DNA of 64,000 bases from Octopus bimaculoides (lineage: Eukaryota): NCBI RefSeq assembly GCF_001194135.2, contig NC_068985.1, forward strand, positions 19,168,186-19,232,185, read 5' to 3'. This document shows positions 63,085 through 64,000 of the stretch, in pieces; within the stretch, counting starts at the first letter, position 1, and every line of letters starts with the position of its first letter. A program made the position numbers and the translations under genes. Below the pieces are notes generated by a model. It was not told the DNA's origin. It did not search any database and saw only the letters and a program-made list of their open reading frames with translations.

Positions 63085-63374
63085 TACCTTATAAAGCTCA
63101 TAAGGGCCGGTTTCCCGGTTTCATTGGCGTATAGGTTCCCCACCTAGATGGGACACCAGTCCGTCGCAGGTGAACTGCTAGATGCAGGAGGAAAGAGTGA
63201 GAGAAAGCTGTGGCGAAAGAGTCAGCAGAAGTTCGCCATTATCTTCTGCCGGAGCCGCGTGGAGTTTAGGTGTTTCGCTCATAAACACACACACACATCG
63301 CTCAGTCTGAGATTCGAACCCGCGATCCCTCGACCGCGAGTCCGCTGCTTTAACCACTGGGCCATGTGCCTCCA
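63085..63374 (-). mobile_element. tRNA-derived SINE family E, young copy
   Basis: A-box TGGCCCAGTGG (63354-63364) and B-box GGTTCGAATCT (63310-63320). Tail CCTGCGACGGACTGGTGTCCCATC...GAAACCGGGAAACCGGCCC. Confidence 0.85.
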
Positions 63375-63737
63375 CAAATCATGCCTTACCATTTTATATA
63401 CGTAAGGAGACGAAAAATTTGAGAAATTTAGCCCAACAGATAGATATAGTTGGTATGGCTTTGCTCATAAGTTTGTTCGATCAGAGCTGACCTGGGGTGA
63501 AACAATATCAACTTATTACTATTGTATCAGTAATTGTGTTTTTTTCTGCTATCGGGACAGGGTCTGGAATTTTGTGTGTGTGTGAGGGGGGACTTGCCCA
63601 TTACAGTGTTTAACTGGTACTTATTTTACCATCCCGAAAGGATGGAAGGTAAAGTCGACTTCGGTGACATTTGAACTTGCAACGTAAAGAAATGGAAGTG
63701 CCGCTAAGTATTTTGTCCGACGCGCTAACGTTTCTCA

Positions 63738-63965
63738 TTTGTTTATTGCCTACAAGGGGCTAAACATAGAGGGACAAACAAGGACAGACAAAGGGAATAA
63801 GTCGATTACATCGACCCCAATGCGTAACTGGTACTTAATTTATCGACCCCGAAAGGACGAAAGGTAAAGTCGACCTCGGCGGAATTTGAACTCAGAACGT
63901 AACGGCAGACGAAATACCGCTAAGCATTTCGCTCGGCGCGCTAATGTTTCTGCCATCTTGCAACC
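63738..63965 (-). mobile_element. SINE family A, long-tail variant (second copy at 63590-63735)
   Basis: Full head and core plus tail CCCTTTGTCTGTCCTTGTTTGTCCCTCTATGTTTAGCCCCTTGTAGGCAATAAAC. Confidence 0.9.
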
Positions 63966-64000
63966 TTAACGTGAAAGGTAATCATGGTTTAAAAGTTCTG

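Overview
This is repeat-saturated, AT-rich animal genomic DNA from a gapped draft assembly (about 15 N-gaps). The SINE families and the extreme microsatellite load point to a coleoid cephalopod, most likely Octopus; this is inferred from family recognition, not a database match. No intact protein-coding gene is visible, and nearly all ORFs in the supplied track are artefacts of microsatellites or N-runs. The window contains dozens of tRNA-derived SINE copies from at least 4-5 families; decayed mariner, Tc1/maT-like and MITE DNA transposons; a Gypsy gag remnant; RTE and L1/Tx1-like LINE ends; six or more R4/Dong-like (RLE) LINE remnants, all on the minus strand; and Penelope-like pieces. A few splice-signal-flanked segments suggest the window may be intronic in a plus-strand gene. 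The most striking signal is a set of hammerhead ribozyme (HHR) motifs. Minimal type I HHRs lie at ~41.3 kb, ~61.2 kb and ~62.55 kb. A ~350-430 bp non-coding element (952-1300, 11829-12255, 12552-12978) carries all three HHR core strands in a non-canonical, non-circularly permuted order. Its helices are supported by compensatory changes between two diverged subfamilies, and both insertions sit inside the internal microsatellite of the same SINE family.
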